From the NCBI GenBank assembly GCA_965222075.1, contig OZ244937.1:3968001-4032000 (forward strand): DNA of 64,000 nucleotides, in the 5' to 3' direction. A program made the translations under genes and the position numbers. A model generated the notes under the pieces. That model was given only the letters and a program-made list of their open reading frames with translations. It was not told where the DNA came from and did not search any database. This document shows positions 57,332-64,000 of this stretch, piece after piece. The stretch's first letter is position 1; each line of letters begins with the position of its first letter. The stretch is from Candidatus Latescibacterota bacterium (GTDB lineage Bacteria; Latescibacterota; UBA2968; GCA-2709665).

Positions 57332-58639
57332 ATGCCAAATGCAGGCGCAATAGGCGTCGGCCTCCTCGGCATGGGCGTCGTGGGCGGCGGTGTCGTCCGC
57401 CTCCTCCAGGAACGCACTGCCCACTTCCGCGAGGTCCGGGGCGTGGACCTGGCCCTCCGCCGCGTCGCCGTGCGAGACCTTTCCAAGCCCCGGTCCGTGG
57501 AACTCCCCAAAGCCCTCCTCACCGACCGTGCCGAAGATGTGGTGGACGACCCAGAGGTCCAGATTGTCATCGAGGTCATCGGCGGCATCGACCCTGCCGG
57601 CAGCCTCTGCCTGCGTGCGCTCAAGATCGGAAAAGACGTCGTCACCGCCAACAAAGCCCTCCTCGCCGAACAGGGTGGAGACCTCTTCAAGGCCGCGGCG
57701 CAACACAGCGCCCACCTTGCTTTTGAGGCCAGCGTCTGCGGCGGCATCCCCATCATCCGCGCCCTCACCGACGGCCTGGTTGCCAACCGCATCCAGTCCA
57801 TCTACGGCATCCTCAACGGAACCACGAACTACATCCTCACCCGCATGACCGATGAGGGGGGCGGCTTTGAGGAGATGCTCGGCCAGGCCCAGGAGAAAGG
57901 CTACGCCGAAGCCGACCCCACCATGGACATTGACGGCACCGACGCCGCACAAAAGCTCGCCATCCTCTGTCGCATCGCGTTCCGGGTCAACCTTTCCCAC
58001 CAACAAATCCTCAAAGAGGGCATCGCCCACACCTCCCCGCTGGACATCGACTTTGCCCGGGAACTCGGCTACACGATCAAATTGCTGGGCATCGCCAAGG
58101 CGGTCGGAGACCGGATCGAGGCCCGGGTGCACCCCGCCCTGGTCCCCTCCGGCGCCCTCTTAGCCAACATCAAAGACGAGTTCAACGCCGTTGAAATCGT
58201 CGGCAACGCCGTTGGCCCGCAGGTCTTTTATGGTCGGGGCGCCGGGCAGTTGCCCACCGCAAGCGCCGTGGTCTCCGACCTCCTCGACCTGGCCGAACAC
58301 CGCCTCACGGGCCGCACCCCCGGCACTTCCCCCTTAGCCGCCCTCCAGGAGGCCGCACCGATCCCTCCCGGTGAAATCGAAACAAGCTTTTACTGCCGGT
58401 TTACCGTCTACGACCGTCCCGGCGTCCTCGCCCGGATCGCCCGCATTTTCTCAGAAGAACGGATCAGCATCGCCACCGTCATCCAGCACGGGCGGTCGGA
58501 AACAGAAGAGGGCACGGTCCCCCTGATCATGACCACCCACGAGGCCCGGGAAGCCGCCATGCGCCGGGCCGTGGCGAAAATTGACCGCCTGCCCATCATC
58601 ACGGAAAAATCCCGGATCATCCGCATCGAAGAACTGTAA
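57332..58639 (+). CDS. hom: Homoserine dehydrogenase with ACT domain
   Basis: GMGVVGGG, VVTANKALLA, FEASVCGGIP, GILNGTTNYIL, GYAEADPT and DRPGVLA. Confidence 0.96.
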   Translation: MPNAGAIGVGLLGMGVVGGGVVRLLQERTAHFREVRGVDLALRRVAVRDLSKPRSVELPKALLTDRAEDVVDDPEVQIVIEVIGGIDPAGSLCLRALKIGKDVVTANKALLAEQGGDLFKAAAQHSAHLAFEASVCGGIPIIRALTDGLVANRIQSIYGILNGTTNYILTRMTDEGGGFEEMLGQAQEKGYAEADPTMDIDGTDAAQKLAILCRIAFRVNLSHQQILKEGIAHTSPLDIDFARELGYTIKLLGIAKAVGDRIEARVHPALVPSGALLANIKDEFNAVEIVGNAVGPQVFYGRGAGQLPTASAVVSDLLDLAEHRLTGRTPGTSPLAALQEAAPIPPGEIETSFYCRFTVYDRPGVLARIARIFSEERISIATVIQHGRSETEEGTVPLIMTTHEAREAAMRRAVAKIDRLPIITEKSRIIRIEEL

Positions 58640-58729
58640 TCCGACAATCCAGGCGGTTGTATGGCAACAGAGGGGACCGGACGGTCCCCCCTGTTGGGGA
58701 TTTTCCCTGGTATGTCAAACAGCCGGCGC

Positions 58730-61216
58730 CTATCCCGGATGCCCCTCTCCGTTTGGACCTGCTTCTGCCGAAACCCCCTCCCCACCAAACTCTCCGTTCT
58801 GGAGTACCACACGCGCCACGCCAATCATCCGGTCGTTTTCCTCTAAGTTGATCAGCTTCACCCCCTGAGTGTTCCGCCCGATCACACTGATATCCCGAAT
58901 CGGCAGCCGGATCAGGATTCCCTGCTGGGAAATAATCATCAACTCGTCCTCGTCCACCACCTCTTTCACCGCAACCACCTCACCGTTCCGTTCGGTCGTC
59001 TTGATGTTGATCACGCCCTTGCCGGCCCGCTGTGTGAGCCGATAGTCCGAAACCTCTGTCCGCTTGCCAAATCCATTGGCGCAAACCGTAAGCAGCGTCC
59101 CCTCCCGCCCCATCACCACCATCCCCACCACCACGTCATCCTCTCCCAGCGTGACCCCTTTCACGCCCTGGGTGCCCCGGCCCGTATCCCTCACATTCCG
59201 CTCCGGGAACCGGACCGCCTGGCCCTGCTTTGTCGCCAGGATCACATCGTGTGATCCATCAGTAACCGCAGCCTCAATAAGCCGGTCGTCCTCTAAGATA
59301 TTCATCGCAATAATCCCACCCCGCCGCGGCCGGCTGTAGGCCGAAAGCGCCGTCTTTTTCACCAGCCCGTTTTGAGTAACCTGAATCAAGAAATGGTCGT
59401 CGTCAAACTCCCGCACCGGCACGATGGCCGCGACATTGTGCGCCTTATCGATGTCGATCAGATTCACCACCGGGCGGCCCCGGGCGGCCCGGCTTCCCTG
59501 CGGTATCTCGTGCACCTTCAGCCAGTGGCAGTGCCCCCGGTCCGTCAGGAAGAGGATATAGCTGTGCGTGGAAGCAATAAACAGGTGCTCGACGAAGTCC
59601 TCCTCTTTGGGTTTTACCCCGGTCACCCCTCGCCCTCCCCGGCGCTGGCGCCGGTAGGCGCTCACCGGGATCCGCTTGATATACCCGGCGTGGGAAATGG
59701 TGATGACCATGTCCTCTTCGGCAATCAGATCCTCGATGTCGAACTCCGACGCCGAAAACACGACCTCACTCCGCCGCTCGTCCGCATACTGTTCCCTGAC
59801 CTCCTCAAGTTCCGATTTGACCATCTCCATGCGCTTGGGCCGGTTCTCCAGGATCGAACCGAGCCGCTCGATCTCCTGGATCAGTTTTGCATATTCGTCC
59901 TCGATCTTCTGCTGCTCCAGGTTGGTCAGCCGCTGCAGCGTCATCGACAGAATCGCCTGCGCCTGGCGCTCCGAAAGCACAAGCCGGTCCATCAGCGCCT
60001 TCCGTGCACCGGCCGGATTCGCCGACCCCCGGATGATGCCCACCACAAGGTCGATATCATCCAGCGCCGCCTTCAATCCTTCTAAGATATGCGCCCGGGC
60101 TTCGGCCACCCCAAGCTCGAACCGCGTGCGCCGCACCACCACCTCGTGGCGGTGATCGATATAGCATTTGAGCATCTCCTTCAAGTTCAGCTTCTTCGGT
60201 TGGCCGCCCACCAGCGCAATCATATTCGCAGCAAAGGTGCTTTCAAGCTGGGTGTGTTTGTAAAGCTGGTTCAGAACCACCTCCGAATTGGCATCCCGCT
60301 TCAACTCCACAACAATCCGCATGCCGTCCCGGCCGGATTCGTCCCGGATGTTTGAGATCCCGTCAACCTTCTTGTCGCGGACCAGATCCGCCATCTTTTC
60401 CAGCAGATTGGTCTTCACGACCATGTAAGGGATCTCTGTAACCACGATATTCTCTCGCCCGTTCTTCAAACCCTCAACAAAGGCCCGCGCCCGGACCCGG
60501 ATGAGCCCCTTGCCGGTGTGGTAGGCCTCTCTCACACCGCTGATGCCGTAGATAATGCCTCCCGTGGGAAAATCGGGCGCCTTGACCGACTCCATCAGCC
60601 CGTCTACATCTAAGTCCGGATTGTCGATCAGGGCCACCAGCCCGTCGGCCACTTCGGCCAGGTTGTGCGGGGGAATCGCCGTGGCCATAGTCACCGCAAT
60701 GCCCACCGCCCCGTTGCAAAGCAGGTTCGGCATCCGCGCAGGCAGCACGGCCGGTTCTTCCAGCCGCTCGTCGTAATTCGGCCTGAAGTCGACCGTCTCC
60801 TTGTCGATATCCGCCAGCATTTCATAGCCGGCTCCGGCCATCCGGGCTTCGGTGTAGCGCATGGCGGCGGGAGGATACCCATCGATCGATCCGAAGTTTC
60901 CCTGCCCGTCCACGAGCGGGTAGCGCATTTTAAAATTCTGGGCCAGATGTACCAGTGTAGGATAGACAATCGCCTCCCCGTGGGGGTGGTAATTCCCCGA
61001 CGTGTGCCCGGCGATGTTGGCGCACTTTCGATGCTGCCGGTTAGGCGCCAGCCCCAGGTCGTTCATCGCCACCAGAATCCGCCTCTGGGACGGCTTCAGC
61101 CCGTCTCGCACATCGGGCAGCGCCCGGTTGACCAGCGTACTCATCGAGTAGTCCAGCATGGACTTCTTGATCTCGTCCCCAATATCGACCGGAACAATCC
61201 GCTGTCGCTGCATCAT
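58730..61216 (-). CDS. gyrA: DNA gyrase subunit A
   Basis: [26 protein letters not shown], GyrA box QRRGGRG and beta-pinwheel repeats. Confidence 0.97.
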   Translation of the reverse strand: MMQRQRIVPVDIGDEIKKSMLDYSMSTLVNRALPDVRDGLKPSQRRILVAMNDLGLAPNRQHRKCANIAGHTSGNYHPHGEAIVYPTLVHLAQNFKMRYPLVDGQGNFGSIDGYPPAAMRYTEARMAGAGYEMLADIDKETVDFRPNYDERLEEPAVLPARMPNLLCNGAVGIAVTMATAIPPHNLAEVADGLVALIDNPDLDVDGLMESVKAPDFPTGGIIYGISGVREAYHTGKGLIRVRARAFVEGLKNGRENIVVTEIPYMVVKTNLLEKMADLVRDKKVDGISNIRDESGRDGMRIVVELKRDANSEVVLNQLYKHTQLESTFAANMIALVGGQPKKLNLKEMLKCYIDHRHEVVVRRTRFELGVAEARAHILEGLKAALDDIDLVVGIIRGSANPAGARKALMDRLVLSERQAQAILSMTLQRLTNLEQQKIEDEYAKLIQEIERLGSILENRPKRMEMVKSELEEVREQYADERRSEVVFSASEFDIEDLIAEEDMVITISHAGYIKRIPVSAYRRQRRGGRGVTGVKPKEEDFVEHLFIASTHSYILFLTDRGHCHWLKVHEIPQGSRAARGRPVVNLIDIDKAHNVAAIVPVREFDDDHFLIQVTQNGLVKKTALSAYSRPRRGGIIAMNILEDDRLIEAAVTDGSHDVILATKQGQAVRFPERNVRDTGRGTQGVKGVTLGEDDVVVGMVVMGREGTLLTVCANGFGKRTEVSDYRLTQRAGKGVINIKTTERNGEVVAVKEVVDEDELMIISQQGILIRLPIRDISVIGRNTQGVKLINLEENDRMIGVARVVLQNGEFGGEGVSAEAGPNGEGHPG

Positions 61217-61336
61217 AGCCTGGTCCTTCTCCCTGTTGTACGTTGGAAGCGAACGGGGTGGATGGGATGGGCCTTTTGCCCCCTGCCCTTTCACCTTACA
61301 AACCGTTATTGCTTTCCCTCACACCACCGCTACCGC

Positions 61337-63334
<1,998 letters not shown>

Positions 63335-63342
63335 TTAGATTG

Positions 63343-63687
63343 TCATGCTTTCCCAAACCGAATCGACCGCACCACCTCCCGGCCGACCGACCGATTGAGC
63401 CGTTCACGGATCCGCTCCCGCTCAAACAAAAGCCGGTGTCGCCAGGCGTCTTGCCTCACCAAAACCCGCAACTCTCCCCGGCGAATCGTATCCGGACGGG
63501 TTACCTGCCCCCCCACCTCCCCGACCACTTCCGCCACAACAACAGGCCACAACAACAGGGCGCGCTGTTCTAAGATCTTGGTCTCGATCCCCAGCTCGTC
63601 AATCACACGCCGCAGCCCATCTCCCAGCGACACCGGAGCCGATGTCCTCCAAACCTCCCACCCGATACTCCGCCCTCGCTTCGCCAC
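63343..63687 (-). CDS. dciA: DUF721/DciA family protein
   Basis: W..VV...V...TRP..IRRGEL.V.V....WRH.L; position between recF and gyrB. Confidence 0.8.
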   Translation of the reverse strand: MAKRGRSIGWEVWRTSAPVSLGDGLRRVIDELGIETKILEQRALLLWPVVVAEVVGEVGGQVTRPDTIRRGELRVLVRQDAWRHRLLFERERIRERLNRSVGREVVRSIRFGKA

Positions 63688-63724
63688 TGCCTGACCTCGC
63701 TTAATACAGTCTGTTATGTTCCCT

Positions 63725-63753
63725 GAGTAAAAGAAAGGTTATTTTCCAAGCAG
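63725..63753. repeat. Isolated right end of the ~430-bp element
   Basis: gagtaaaagaaaggttattttccaagcag, 28/29 identical to 56024-56052. Confidence 0.7.
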
Positions 63754-63764
63754 CCTCAAAAAGC

Positions 63765-64000
63765 CTACAACTCCACCAGACGGAAGCCCTGCGCCCCAAA
63801 AGTCAGATCCGGATCCCGGGCCGAGGTGAGCACCACCTGCCCGAAAGACGTGACCAGGTCCATCAGCGAAAGCGCACGACTTCGGTCCAATTCTGAGAAA
63901 ATATCGTCCATCAACAGCACGGGTCGGCGCTGCGTCCGGGCCTCTAAAAAGGCCCCCTCGGCCAGCTTCCATGCCAACAAGACGCTCTTGAGCTGCCCCT
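63765..64000 (-). CDS. recF: DNA replication/repair protein RecF, C-terminal part
   Basis: GQLKSVLLAWKLAE...PVLLMDDIFSELD...QVVLTS; syntenic with dciA-gyrB-gyrA. Confidence 0.9.
   Translation of the reverse strand, partial: GQLKSVLLAWKLAEGAFLEARTQRRPVLLMDDIFSELDRSRALSLMDLVTSFGQVVLTSARDPDLTFGAQGFRLVEL

Overview
GC-rich bacterial chromosome segment close to the replication origin: recF(partial)-dciA-gyrB-gyrA lie at the right end, with hom and smc nearby. Its many PhyH-type dioxygenases, SelA-like PLP enzymes, amidohydrolases and a heparinase-like protein suggest a Latescibacterota/Poribacteria-like heterotroph (inference only). Metabolic and transport operons are interrupted by three accessory zones (about 22.4-24.8 kb, 35.9-41.4 kb and 54.0-56.1 kb) containing dead IS elements, a duplicated ~430-bp structured non-coding element and deletion-collapsed defence genes. 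The most striking signal is a family of ultra-short (27-38 bp) bulged hairpins, CCTG(C/T)CTG...CAGGCAGG. They insert precisely at purine|pyrimidine steps with no target-site duplication, can nest inside each other, and pile up in transposase genes (7 in one IS4, 2 in an IS630 remnant). I saw none intact in host genes. Removing them by hand, plus one extra base, restores a full-length IS4 transposase frame. Also notable are a ~23-kb block of reversed GC skew, a STAS-like/HTH-nurA-HAS-herA operon, and an EIIA/PII-like/double cation:proton antiporter operon.
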